DNA of 64,000 nt from IMG/VR virus record IMGVR_UViG_3300024265_000033, positions 1 through 64,000 of that record. One strand, given 5' to 3'. The position numbers were made by a program, and so were the translations under genes. The stretch comes from a virus. Below the pieces are notes generated by a model that saw only the letters and a program-made list of their open reading frames with translations, ran no database searches and was not told the origin of the DNA. Below are positions 10,701 to 19,381 of this stretch, in pieces. The first letter of the stretch is position 1. Each line of letters starts with the position of its first letter.

Positions 10701-11256
10701 AGTCTCCCGCACCGACTTTGATATACTTTCCGTCCGGAGATATAGTACCGACTGGAGCCTTCTTACCCTTTTCTAAAATATGTGGCAATTCTAAAGTATT
10801 TGCCTTTTTCAGGCCCATGAGTCGCATCTTAGCTTCTAGGAATGATTTCTGGCGATTTTCGCACATAGGTTCTGGTAATCGCTTTTCAATCGGGTACCAT
10901 CTCCATCTCCAAACTTCTTTGTCAGGATCGTGTTGAACGCCTATTTTTTGGTCATCCTTTAGGACAGCCACAAAGCAATGACATACCTTGCCGTTTTTTA
11001 GGTTCGTGATAGGAAGTTCTTTGAGCATTCCGGGAGTCAGTCGTAGGTTTGCTTCCTCGTAGGCCTCTCTGATTGCGGTCTGTTTGGGGGTTTCGCCTAG
11101 ATTCGCTCCGCCCGCAGGGGAGGTGTAGATATCATCTTCCTTGCGTTTTCCCATGAGGAAATGAGTCTTTTCTTTATTGACGACAACAACGGCAGAATAA
11201 AAGGGGGTGTCTTCCCCTTTTTTAAGCTGTTCTGTCAAATCGATAATCTTACTCAC
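7759..11256 (-). CDS. multidomain polyvalent protein: NUDIX hydrolase + zincin metallopeptidase/LPD1-like + Fe-S flavoprotein (FMN reductase-like)
   Basis: Nudix box GGANLGETPKQTAIREAYEEANL; HEIGH then PTEVFARAFE; C-terminal IQGGAR...CKNC...CHWKCSC...ADGFIVLSPTNWG...LKAMFDRL. Confidence 0.8.
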   Translation of the reverse strand: MSKIIDLTEQLKKGEDTPFYSAVVVVNKEKTHFLMGKRKEDDIYTSPAGGANLGETPKQTAIREAYEEANLRLTPGMLKELPITNLKNGKVCHCFVAVLKDDQKIGVQHDPDKEVWRWRWYPIEKRLPEPMCENRQKSFLEAKMRLMGLKKANTLELPHILEKGKKAPVGTISPDGKYIKVGAGDWRRVNGHHYKVTVTIKYNGNRTSQKEFIVQARTFDSAWGQVHDKIKAAEKLAGPVQITSRSVQKIKALKKSLGESELSGVNIDTTNHAIEVDAMKESPWLEYLDNCLKDFELAEVPREVPLDRPWVLIASQVDDGIYDGYVKNMDEYSGDYGQVVFQVKKMTLPAMTSALMAKNFISKPKEEAKEEGPREEQDAHGVSELKEILQTAKIQGDLNIYIQKSEQSEKKKLIELLNKAKKPMPVGTMRVWSGRKYVKHVDGWVAVGGAHHGKLLGQFKKEPTHTEHADEHKGHDFTKPEAPKKEAPKPKEEPKKLPSELEYKYKAAVKVYGNEAIDHTKMSVKEYQEAMLQQLIKDRPQSADYFNRKKRTYNKRFKDVHHLLNKTALKAGLPVSDKALKEYPELSGDIAEGVDLKTNEKTNMIGSVDLGKSSKKVKESFKKTLNECNLLIEDMGIKFKTPINFKAVNLAKTGKTTRGTYSHSTKTIALKDVSAASKTVMHEIGHAIDYAMTEKDRRGRHGEMLKEAKFAENPTELQKLYVEMHDIVTGSDYYTQTEERSFKRYLLEPTEVFARAFEVYSLDRAEKMKLSKEFMDTFMPDVMKVKDPKVKAIREKISDISQKLYGTGGKAGKTGDLLDERTKLYAQLSGALEKTTGGWVPVSDSRSKEYKSKIVKIMDQIFAKDEIKKALSLIDLNEALIQANSAPVRIMLIQGGARSENSCPGEDSKGKLLVEALRKAAPEGLEIDVLDLEVTDKDRIIRNCKNCVGTANGYHCHWKCSCYGPGSAGEKLGDIMHDEKVYDRLERADGFIVLSPTNWGSVTSSLKAMFDRLVCANLTLTQKQAKELFDGDIKNPEKTQAAHKEGKYDHMLKNHLENRVAGFYMWGVGGGNDYAKRPLPKSMEGFEYTWNEPNSSVSDLVDQCRYSGIFVPEDLIKSMVKNTEEDYSTIDDRFRNDPYYVAVAKDMLWKMVSYIKRVRVTGELQ

Positions 11257-11265
11257 TTCCGCTCC

Positions 11266-12120
11266 TTAAATGATATTGATTCTTTGGCCTTGGTAGTAAT
11301 CCCTAAGCTTCCGTACCAAACCTCTGTTTGGGGAATTGATGCTTTCTCCAAATAGTTGCTTTTGAAACTCCTTAACCTTTGCAGAATAACCATGGTTCTC
11401 TGCGGAAGAGGTCGTATTGACATTCTGAGAAAGCCCGTCCAAAGACAAACTTTCGCTGGCAATACCCGCTCCAACAATCAAGTCTCCGGCGATATTCAAA
11501 GCAAAGATAGCCGCCATGAGGCCTATAGCTGCATTGATATCTTTAGGTATCTTACCATCATCGAATCCAGAAATATAGTCAATTTGCCAAACTAATGGCA
11601 CATGTCCATTATTCCTAAAGATTTCAGGGAAATATTGGCCCCCTGCATCAACTGCAAATTGAGAAAGAGTCCCGGCAGTAGGGATGAGCCTAAGGATACC
11701 ATCGTGTCGCTGAAGTTTGTACCATTCAGGAGGATAAGAGAGGATGTTTGCATTAGGATAAACGGCTCGAACTTCTTTCACTTGAATAACAGGGATGTTG
11801 TTCAATTGAAAATAGCCCCACTGCCAGTAGTCGTTTGATTGGAAATCTTTTTCTTCCGCGCCTCCGCCCGGGATAATATCACCTTCGGGAGTGAATGAGG
11901 GTCCAATATGCTCTTGGCGGACGATGGAAATGTCCAAATCGTGCTCAAGTTCCGAGACAGCCATATCAATATAATCTTGAAGAGTATCATCGGGCATTTC
12001 ATTGCCATCATTGTCAACGATCTCAACCCCAAACAAAAATCTGGCTCTTAGCTTTTTAGGCGTAATTAGAGGCTCAGTTCTTTGAATAATTCGATTATCT
12101 CTTACAATACCTTCTGACAT
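11266..12120 (-). CDS. head-tail adaptor (neck) protein
   Basis: 284 aa; YIDMAVSELEHDLDI, IDYISGF, GAGIASESLSLDGLSQ...TTSSA motifs of the SPO1/K-like adaptor. Confidence 0.75.
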   Translation of the reverse strand: MSEGIVRDNRIIQRTEPLITPKKLRARFLFGVEIVDNDGNEMPDDTLQDYIDMAVSELEHDLDISIVRQEHIGPSFTPEGDIIPGGGAEEKDFQSNDYWQWGYFQLNNIPVIQVKEVRAVYPNANILSYPPEWYKLQRHDGILRLIPTAGTLSQFAVDAGGQYFPEIFRNNGHVPLVWQIDYISGFDDGKIPKDINAAIGLMAAIFALNIAGDLIVGAGIASESLSLDGLSQNVNTTSSAENHGYSAKVKEFQKQLFGESINSPNRGLVRKLRDYYQGQRINII

Positions 12121-12123
12121 ACC

Positions 12124-12486
12124 TTACACCTCAAAATAAACTAAAGGAGTTCCTGCAGCACTTCGTTCCTCGTTGAACTTCATAAATACAGGTCGCCCAG
12201 TTAAAACAAAAAAATCTCTTAATTCAATCAACGCCATCAAAGCTCCGCGAGGATCTGTAATCCTCTCATCATCCATGCTCTCATTCATACACTGCATAAT
12301 GGTCAAAAAAGACTCTACTTCTTTGATACGTTCTGCGGACTCTCCTTTTAACTTCTCTTTAATATAGGACAAATCTAACGGTCGGGTTTTAATCACTGTT
12401 AAACTTTTTTCTTTAGAGTCCGTTTTCATATTTCTCATTCCAAAAAGTAACCCTATAATGGCAAAAAATCTCCTTATACGGGCCAC
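12124..12486 (-). CDS. hypothetical protein
   Basis: 120 aa ORF tiling between neighbours with an RBS-like purine run. Confidence 0.5.
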   Translation of the reverse strand: MARIRRFFAIIGLLFGMRNMKTDSKEKSLTVIKTRPLDLSYIKEKLKGESAERIKEVESFLTIMQCMNESMDDERITDPRGALMALIELRDFFVLTGRPVFMKFNEERSAAGTPLVYFEV

Positions 12487-12497
12487 TACCTTTCTCC

Positions 12498-12881
12498 TTA
12501 GCAGTCAACAACTACCTTGCTCAATCCGCTCCTAACTAGGCCCTTGGCAATCTCAGTCCCATTTCCTAGCAAATCGATACTAAATGTGAAATTTCCGCTC
12601 AGCATCTCCGCCGTATCCGCAGCGGTGAGAGCCACAGTAGCTAAAGCCCGGTCGTCGGCATTCAATGTGGCTGTTTTTACAAGCGTTCCTGTAGTTGTGT
12701 TAAAAGTGACAGTCATGATCGCAGCCGCAGGCGGCGTGAATCTGATTCCCTCGTCTTGGTCGAAAATCCTCATTTGGAGGGTTTTAGTCTCTCCGGGCTG
12801 AAAAGTCAGAGATCCTATTTCGGTCCAAGAATTGAGAGTCGCGTCACTATTTAGAATTTTAGCAGTTAAGTTCATCGACAA
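12498..12881 (-). CDS. virion structural protein (Ig-like beta sandwich)
   Basis: 127 aa Thr/Ala-rich beta-type composition; TGCTATAAT upstream. Confidence 0.55.
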   Translation of the reverse strand: MSMNLTAKILNSDATLNSWTEIGSLTFQPGETKTLQMRIFDQDEGIRFTPPAAAIMTVTFNTTTGTLVKTATLNADDRALATVALTAADTAEMLSGNFTFSIDLLGNGTEIAKGLVRSGLSKVVVDC

Positions 12882-12939
12882 TTCTCCCTTATTTGGTACA
12901 ATATCCTAATCAAATTATAGCATTTTGGGGGTAGGGGGG

Positions 12940-13362
12940 TTAGAACCAACCGGAGATACGACCTATGGTGTATATGGCTCCTGCTACGGCTCCAACACCT
13001 AGGAGGATGTTTTTGGTCATCTTGAACCACTTTCGGGGTTCTTCGAGGCGTTCTATCCGGCCTTGGATGGATTTTTCGGGATTTGGGGAGTCGATACCAA
13101 AGATTTTGGCATCAATTTCTTTTTTAGTGAGTTCATTTTGTGCCTGCAAGGCTCTTGAATAACCTGCGTGTTCGGCCAATTCTTTGTTCTGGATTTCGTC
13201 TTGGGCATGGATTTTTTCGAGTTCGTAGGTCATCTTTTGATCTAAATGGTCAACTTTTTTGTCGAGCTTGGTTACACACTTGCGCGTCTCTTTTTGCTCT
13301 TTGGCAATTTCTTCCAGTAATCTCAGGTAGATATTGCTGTTTTTGTCGTTTTTATCGTCCAC
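12940..13362 (-). CDS. coiled-coil protein with C-terminal TM (XhlA/holin-like architecture)
   Basis: 140 aa heptad-rich region, RIERLEEP, then LLGVGAVAGAIYTI TM helix. Confidence 0.55.
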   Translation of the reverse strand: MDDKNDKNSNIYLRLLEEIAKEQKETRKCVTKLDKKVDHLDQKMTYELEKIHAQDEIQNKELAEHAGYSRALQAQNELTKKEIDAKIFGIDSPNPEKSIQGRIERLEEPRKWFKMTKNILLGVGAVAGAIYTIGRISGWF

Positions 13363-13401
13363 TTTGCAAGTCCCTTAAATCCTTACTCTAATTATATCCT
13401 A

Positions 13402-13833
13402 TTAAGCCTTTGTGTATTCCAACCAAACTACTGCCGACACGAAAGCGTCATCGCCATTGTAAACATTCCCTATCCAAAAATTAATATTTGTATCATCTAC
13501 GGAATTGATACCAGCGGAATCATTCGCGTTAAAACTGCTATTAACAATTGGAACAAAATCGCCATCGGATTGTTTGAAGGAACCTCCACTATTTACTAGA
13601 GTTTCTATGGTAGATATGCCATGTGCAAAACTGACAATTTGATTCCCTCCCGTAGCCCCAGTAACAATGACTTTTCTAAAGATGGGTTTCCCATCAATCC
13701 ATTTTTTGCCAGTGTCTTCTTCTGAAACAGAAAAAGACACGTCAGATTCTAATACCTCTATGATTTCATCAGATTCATCAGAATTGCTCATTATATTTTT
13801 AAGTCTGCTTTTTGCTCTACTTGATAAACCCAT
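13402..13833 (-). CDS. virion fibre/decoration protein, paralog A
   Basis: 143 aa; EEDTGKKWIDGKPIFRKV...LEYTK domain seen at the C-terminus of phage fibres. Confidence 0.65.
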   Translation of the reverse strand: MGLSSRAKSRLKNIMSNSDESDEIIEVLESDVSFSVSEEDTGKKWIDGKPIFRKVIVTGATGGNQIVSFAHGISTIETLVNSGGSFKQSDGDFVPIVNSSFNANDSAGINSVDDTNINFWIGNVYNGDDAFVSAVVWLEYTKA

Positions 13834-13842
13834 ATTTTACTC

Positions 13843-14262
13843 CTAAACCTTAGTATACTCTAAAATGACAAAGCCGCCGTCGTGGGCACCTGCGCTACCC
13901 GCATGAACTTGTAAAGTAACTCCAGAAGCGATTATGGCCACTCCCACTACGCCAGTATTAGAATTTGGAATTGGAACGGGCAACATTAATATGTTTGCCC
14001 CATCGTTCACATATCCTCCCACACTTATCAAAGCTTCTATAGTGGAACCTACGGGTTGATGGTTTTGATTATTATTTGCTTGTGCTGGCACGGCAAACAC
14101 TTTTCTGAATATTTTCTTGCCATTGATCCATTTTTTACCCGTATCTTCTTCCTGAAGTTGATAAACCGTATATCCATCCAAAGCTTCCATAAGCTCATCA
14201 GCCTCAGGACCATTGGAAAGTGCGCTTCTTAGTTTGGCTTTAGCGTTTCTTGATAATGACAT
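13843..14262 (-). CDS. virion fibre/decoration protein, paralog B
   Basis: 139 aa; EEDTGKKWINGKKIFRKV...LEYTK, same N-terminal helix as paralog A. Confidence 0.65.
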   Translation of the reverse strand: MSLSRNAKAKLRSALSNGPEADELMEALDGYTVYQLQEEDTGKKWINGKKIFRKVFAVPAQANNNQNHQPVGSTIEALISVGGYVNDGANILMLPVPIPNSNTGVVGVAIIASGVTLQVHAGSAGAHDGGFVILEYTKV

Positions 14263-14540
14263 TATTTCAATACCTCATCATTGTTTTTATCCCATGAAAA
14301 TTTTCCACCAATTCGTACTAAAAAGTAATAGACGAAAGCCACAAATCTCCATTTCAAACTATTCTGAGCCTGCCTATTCATGTGGTCCTGAAATCTAGAG
14401 TCCGCCTCATCTCTAGAATATTTCTTAGTGCCATAATCTAAATCGTGAATTTTACAACTGGCATTGAACTTATTGCTCAAAAGCCGACGTGCCCACCTAG
14501 GCATCCAGTACGGTCCGCAATAATCCTTACGCTTTGCCAT
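14262..14540 (-). CDS. phospholipase A2-like (DUF1353-type) protein
   Basis: YCGP, CKIHDLDY, EADSRF, and YYFLVRIGG C-terminal helix. Confidence 0.6.
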   Translation of the reverse strand: MAKRKDYCGPYWMPRWARRLLSNKFNASCKIHDLDYGTKKYSRDEADSRFQDHMNRQAQNSLKWRFVAFVYYFLVRIGGKFSWDKNNDEVLK

Positions 14541-14697
14541 TTTCAGAAGCCTCTTTAGCTTTTTTATCTATGACTTCCTTCATGACTTCATTGACATTTT
14601 TGCCCTTGTCGCTCAACCTAACTTTATTTATGGCCTTGGTTTGTTTCTCACCATTAATGTAAATTTCTCGGTCTTTTCCGTCTATCTTAAACTTCAT
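14527..14697 (-). CDS. small hypothetical protein (not in ORF track)
   Basis: 56 aa MKFKIDGKDREIYING...ENGKA, fills the gap between two genes, GGAG upstream. Confidence 0.55.
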   Translation of the reverse strand: MKFKIDGKDREIYINGEKQTKAINKVRLSDKGKNVNEVMKEVIDKKAKEASENGKA

Positions 14698-15160
14698 TGT
14701 ACCGCTCCGTAATCTTAAATTTTACATCGTCCGCGCCCGTACTGAGATATGCCACTCTTAGAAACAAACCTGCTATAACCTGTGAAGCACCGTTAGATGG
14801 AAACTCGGATCTATTTGTTCCGGGATTCACATATTCTGTTCTAACAAATTTTTTGAGTTCTAAAATATCCACTCCTACGGTGAGGCCAAGCCCCTCAAAC
14901 AAACCCATTACGTCATTCTTATCTATAATAGAGAACTCCAAGTAGTCTCCTATGACTGCATTATCACTTAATATTTCGTACCAACCGCCACGCATACACA
15001 TCTCGGTATTGACTTCTTCGTCGAAAAAACTCAAGGCTCCTGCAGTAGCGGTATACAATCTACCCCGCCATACTGGAGTTAATCCTCTAGAATCTTCAAA
15101 GGTAGGAGCTATAACTCCATAGCCATCTGCGTTTTTCTTTGGTATCCATCCTGCGCCCAT
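14687..15160 (-). CDS. virion structural protein
   Basis: 157 aa beta-rich; TAATG coupling to the upstream gene. Confidence 0.55.
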   Translation of the reverse strand: MGAGWIPKKNADGYGVIAPTFEDSRGLTPVWRGRLYTATAGALSFFDEEVNTEMCMRGGWYEILSDNAVIGDYLEFSIIDKNDVMGLFEGLGLTVGVDILELKKFVRTEYVNPGTNRSEFPSNGASQVIAGLFLRVAYLSTGADDVKFKITERYNEV

Positions 15161-16338
15161 TAGAACTCCCTCTCAAAGCCGAAGCCGATAAATCTGAACT
15201 GTGCAATACCAGAAGTTAAATCATCTTGTATGGTCACAGAAATAAAATCGTCTGTAGCAAAAGTACCTTGTTTGAATAATTGGAAGGGTGCAGTGAAGGT
15301 CAATGTTGCCCTAAAATAGTCAGTACCCGAAACATCGAAAAAGTCGAAGTCGCTAGGACCTCTAGAAAAAACACTCGCAAAGTCTTCTGTAGTAAAGATA
15401 TCCGGAAAAGTAACTTCGCTATCTCGGGACCTAATTTTAACCATTACTCCGTTAGTTATTGCTGTATTTTGACTAAGGAATTTGGTAAATTGGATTCCGT
15501 TCCCCAAAGCTTCGAAACGCAAAGAAGTAAAAAATCTCTCTTTATCGGCAGATGCATCAATTGTAAATGTTACAGGAGTTGAAGAACCATCGATTCTCAT
15601 ATCATCAGAACTGCTTACGTCTTCTGCAAATTCAACGATACGACCGGAAACATCGCCTTCCCCGGCTGTAACTGATCCGGAGATTCCCAAAACTCCCAAA
15701 GTCGGATTTGCAGGGTCCCGCGCCAAACTGGTATTTTTTTGTTTTTGCGTGACCGAGTCAAAAGCCCTAGTGGCCACAGTTACTCCTGTGGTCGTGACTA
15801 AAAAGTCATTTGTATTAGGACGCGACCCTCTAGGTCCCGGAGTTCTAGAAGTGATGTACACTGTAACGGCATCTTCGTCAATTCTTCTGGCGAAATAGTT
15901 TAGAGAAAAATTCACATCCCCATTAAGATCTTGAACAATTTTATTACCCAGAGCAGTTTCGTCATTCGCTTCTGAGGCGGTTAGAGTCGTAGTAACATCG
16001 ATTGCAGGGAATTTGACTACGTCATCTCCAGCTAAGATTTGAACCCGAACTGTATCTCCCGAATCCCCTGCCCCTAAAGAGTCTAATTCAGTACCAATAA
16101 AGAACCAAGTATCTGCAATTGGGTCAAAACCTCTTAAACTATTTACAGTTACGTCCGCTTTGGATCTAAGTTTTCGTTCCCCGTCCTCTAAAATTACATC
16201 TGCTTCGTGGACTCCGTCCCCGCCGGTTATTGTGGAACGAACAGTTAATTGGTTCTTGCCTCCGCCGCCAACAACGATATCGACAATTTTGCCGGTTACG
16301 TCAACTATAAATGAGAGAGCTTCTACGATTCTAAACAT
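15160..16338 (-). CDS. virion structural protein (fibre/collar-like)
   Basis: 392 aa Gly/Thr/Asp-rich beta composition in the structural block. Confidence 0.6.
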   Translation of the reverse strand: MFRIVEALSFIVDVTGKIVDIVVGGGGKNQLTVRSTITGGDGVHEADVILEDGERKLRSKADVTVNSLRGFDPIADTWFFIGTELDSLGAGDSGDTVRVQILAGDDVVKFPAIDVTTTLTASEANDETALGNKIVQDLNGDVNFSLNYFARRIDEDAVTVYITSRTPGPRGSRPNTNDFLVTTTGVTVATRAFDSVTQKQKNTSLARDPANPTLGVLGISGSVTAGEGDVSGRIVEFAEDVSSSDDMRIDGSSTPVTFTIDASADKERFFTSLRFEALGNGIQFTKFLSQNTAITNGVMVKIRSRDSEVTFPDIFTTEDFASVFSRGPSDFDFFDVSGTDYFRATLTFTAPFQLFKQGTFATDDFISVTIQDDLTSGIAQFRFIGFGFEREF

Positions 16339-16704
16339 CTAAGTCCTCACATTACTAGTATCTACTGTGTTGATTGTTTTATTGGCATTTCTAGTGACAG
16401 TCGTAGTGACTGTAGAAGCCACAGTCACGCCGTCTTTTAGATACACTTTCTTGGTGACGGAACTTACAAAAGGAGGGGAGGTACGAGCCACATCAATTTC
16501 TAGTAATTTCAGAGTCTTCCCCGAGTCGGTCCAAATAGTAATATTTGTGACTTGAAGATTACCATTTCTAGTAATCTCCTCGAAGCCAATATCGTCCATT
16601 TGCTGATTTATATCAGTAAGAATCGACTGAAGTTCGTCGTTCCTAAAAGAGTTATTCTCGCCTTCCAGATCTTGGCTTACCCTCTTAGAGTTAGTCTGTG
16701 GCAT
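16339..16704 (-). CDS. virion structural protein
   Basis: 121 aa; TNITIWTDSGKTLKL Thr/Val-rich strands; GGAGG RBS. Confidence 0.55.
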   Translation of the reverse strand: MPQTNSKRVSQDLEGENNSFRNDELQSILTDINQQMDDIGFEEITRNGNLQVTNITIWTDSGKTLKLLEIDVARTSPPFVSSVTKKVYLKDGVTVASTVTTTVTRNANKTINTVDTSNVRT

Positions 16705-16714
16705 TAGCTACCTC

Positions 16715-18022
16715 CTAGCGGTCTACGTTATCCCTTGCTCGGGCGTATTCTACTACCATTTCTTCATCGTCTTCTGGAGGAGCTGACAGACGATTTCTTT
16801 CGTTTGGTCGCATGTGCATTGATAACCACTTGAAGCCGGTACCTGCAATGACGTTTTCGAACACTTGTTCGAGTTCTGCATAGTCGCCAGTTCCATCGTC
16901 AAGTCCACCTAAAAGATTGGTAGGACCAAAAGTAGCAACAACCGCCGAACCGTCTCCGCCCCATTGAGCGAGCATGATTCTTTTGGCATCCGCATCCGCG
17001 TTGATAGCATCTGCAATCTCTTGGGCAGTAGCTGCTCCGCCATTATCATTGACCGTTACTACATAAGAGGTAGATCCCGGAAGAATAGCACTAGCCGAAG
17101 CGTTATAAGCCTTGGTCACGGCAACTGTGAATCCAGCACCACTTTGAACTTCAATTTCCACTTCATTGCCGAGTAAACCTAGCATCAGGGAAGTAAGGAT
17201 CAATTGAGCATCGCCCGCACCCTCGGTGTGAGTAGCCCTTGTTCCCGCAGTTCCTAATCGAAGACGTCTTCCGTCAATCGTCAGTTTACTAGTACCTTGA
17301 ACGAACAAATTATCTGCTTCAAAATTAGTATCGAGAGCGTTTCCTACACTGATAAACTCATTATTTACAGGTAAATCAATCTCATCAATCGCTTCTTGAT
17401 TACGCTTAATGGCGCGTTCTGCGTTCAACGTGTTGTTTTTCAAGAACGGATTGGTCAAAGCAGAGGCATCGTGAACCCCCGCGACCGCGATTGTAGCCCG
17501 GTTTAGAGTATCGTCGGCATTAATAGAAACCGCAGTTACGGTAGTAGTGGCAAGTAAGCCCTCATCACCGATAACGTCCACAGCATCTCCTACCTTGAAC
17601 AAATTCGCGTCAGCAACATCGTATTTGGTTTGGCCGCCAACGGGAGCATTGAGTTCCGTATCAAGGATGTCTTCTCTTCGGTCGAATCGTCCGGCAGCCG
17701 GATTTTCTCGGGTAAAGAGACGATCCCAAGCTTGCTGTCCGTCGTCGATCTCTTGGTTTCGAATCATTGGAGTGCCAGAAGCACTTGAGGTATCAACCGC
17801 AGAATCTAAAATTACCGCGATATCTGGAATGATTGAGTCAATCGTTCGGTTATCCGATATAGTTCCTGTGATATTCCCAGCCGCATCGACATCGATTACG
17901 TCAACCGTATCCCCTACGTTAAAATAGCGGGTTTGGTCTACCGCCTGAAACGTACTATTTTGGGGTGCCGTTGCCGTCGCCCGAAATTCCGAATGTATTC
18001 TTTTTCCTCTAGTTTGACCCAT
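16715..18022 (-). CDS. virion structural protein with sheath-like Ig insertion
   Basis: 435 aa; internal repeat FNVGDTVDVI / FKVGDAVDVI; TAQEIADAINA...LLGGLDDG segment like sheath decorations. Confidence 0.65.
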   Translation of the reverse strand: MGQTRGKRIHSEFRATATAPQNSTFQAVDQTRYFNVGDTVDVIDVDAAGNITGTISDNRTIDSIIPDIAVILDSAVDTSSASGTPMIRNQEIDDGQQAWDRLFTRENPAAGRFDRREDILDTELNAPVGGQTKYDVADANLFKVGDAVDVIGDEGLLATTTVTAVSINADDTLNRATIAVAGVHDASALTNPFLKNNTLNAERAIKRNQEAIDEIDLPVNNEFISVGNALDTNFEADNLFVQGTSKLTIDGRRLRLGTAGTRATHTEGAGDAQLILTSLMLGLLGNEVEIEVQSGAGFTVAVTKAYNASASAILPGSTSYVVTVNDNGGAATAQEIADAINADADAKRIMLAQWGGDGSAVVATFGPTNLLGGLDDGTGDYAELEQVFENVIAGTGFKWLSMHMRPNERNRLSAPPEDDEEMVVEYARARDNVDR

Positions 18023-18036
18023 TATCTAATCCCCTT

Positions 18037-18522
18037 TTAGGTTCCGCCCTTTGTATTAAAAGTAATTCTCTTTGCATAGCTTATCTGTAGGCCCTCATTC
18101 TGAAATGGGGGAGCATTTAATCTATGAGCCTGACTCGCATCTAATCTCAAAACGACACCCTTATTCGTATTTGGTCCTACAGAAATTATATCATAATCTC
18201 GGTCTGAGTCTGATTGGTCCCCGTTTAGACGCGAACCGCTTAAAAACACCACTTCCGTGCCCGGGATGAACTCATTTGCAAGCGTAAACGTCAGATTTGT
18301 GCTGTTTTTTAGTCCCGTGGGGTTCTCCCCTTTGATGGGGATGCCCACTTGACTAAAATAGCTCTCTAAAGTCCTCTGGACGTTATCATTGGCACCTGCG
18401 CCTAGGCAGATAATCTCCGCATCCAAGACCCCATTTTTGTACTGGAGCTGAAACTGGACGTCCGCAGCCGTGTGAATCAGCGGGGCATGGAGGGTTATGA
18501 TATCGTCTTCACAGTTTTTCAT
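18037..18522 (-). CDS. virion structural protein
   Basis: 161 aa; ENPTGLKNSTNLTFTL...VFLSG...DYD beta module common in large-phage virion proteins. Confidence 0.6.
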   Translation of the reverse strand: MKNCEDDIITLHAPLIHTAADVQFQLQYKNGVLDAEIICLGAGANDNVQRTLESYFSQVGIPIKGENPTGLKNSTNLTFTLANEFIPGTEVVFLSGSRLNGDQSDSDRDYDIISVGPNTNKGVVLRLDASQAHRLNAPPFQNEGLQISYAKRITFNTKGGT

Positions 18523-18523
18523 C

Positions 18524-19336
18524 TTACACCACAGTCAAGACATCGGTATGATTGGTTAAATCGAACGGATCGACCCCCTGATAAGTAAAAGTTCGAGTCA
18601 AAGTGACTGTACTGCCCTCATTGGTGTTCAAATTAGCTGAGGTCCAAATAATTGTGGCTACCCGGCGAACTCCGTTGATTTCAGACCATGTGTAGGCTAC
18701 GATCTTGTCGTCCATGCATTTGAGTGCATTTGTCAACTTTTCTCGGGCAGTAGTTCCTACCCTACGGATATCAATATCTTTATTTGGATAAATTTCTAAG
18801 GTTCTGCCCGTTATCCCATTACCTATTCGAACGGAATCCGCGTCATCTGCCGTAGGGGTGTAACTTTCTCGGTGGGTCATAGCCACATCAATCGTCGGGA
18901 TTGTGACTGTCTGAATGTCTATTGGGAAGGGGTTGGTCTTGCTCCAGTAATTTCCTTGTTCATCTACTCCTGCAGTACGGATGGCAATCATAGGCTCTTC
19001 TGCGTACACGGCGTTTTGCCATTGTAGGGGTGGTATGGCGGCGCGTCCTTGCTTAGGGGCTCTAATGTCAGCCCCGTCGGCAGTCAGATAAGCTGTGAGG
19101 TCTGTGCGGGCATCTATGTCGCTTGTTTTTGGCCCGACTATCATTGAAGTCAGGGAATCAATCCTTTTGACTTCCAATTTAATGGAATCTTGGGTACTCG
19201 ATCTTAGGTTAACTGTTTGTTTTACTTTGAAATCTAACGTGGAGGTTAGAGTTACTTGGCCGTATTGGCCGCCATCCGCTGTGAATGGACGTGGTGATAT
19301 TGCGAGCCATAAACGCTCAGTAATGAGTTTACTCAT
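18524..19336 (-). CDS. virion structural protein
   Basis: 270 aa Thr-rich, in frame with the structural operon. Confidence 0.6.
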   Translation of the reverse strand: MSKLITERLWLAISPRPFTADGGQYGQVTLTSTLDFKVKQTVNLRSSTQDSIKLEVKRIDSLTSMIVGPKTSDIDARTDLTAYLTADGADIRAPKQGRAAIPPLQWQNAVYAEEPMIAIRTAGVDEQGNYWSKTNPFPIDIQTVTIPTIDVAMTHRESYTPTADDADSVRIGNGITGRTLEIYPNKDIDIRRVGTTAREKLTNALKCMDDKIVAYTWSEINGVRRVATIIWTSANLNTNEGSTVTLTRTFTYQGVDPFDLTNHTDVLTVV

Positions 19337-19381
19337 TAGTTCCTTTTCCTTTTCCCAAAATAAATCTAACCCGTGCTAGAT

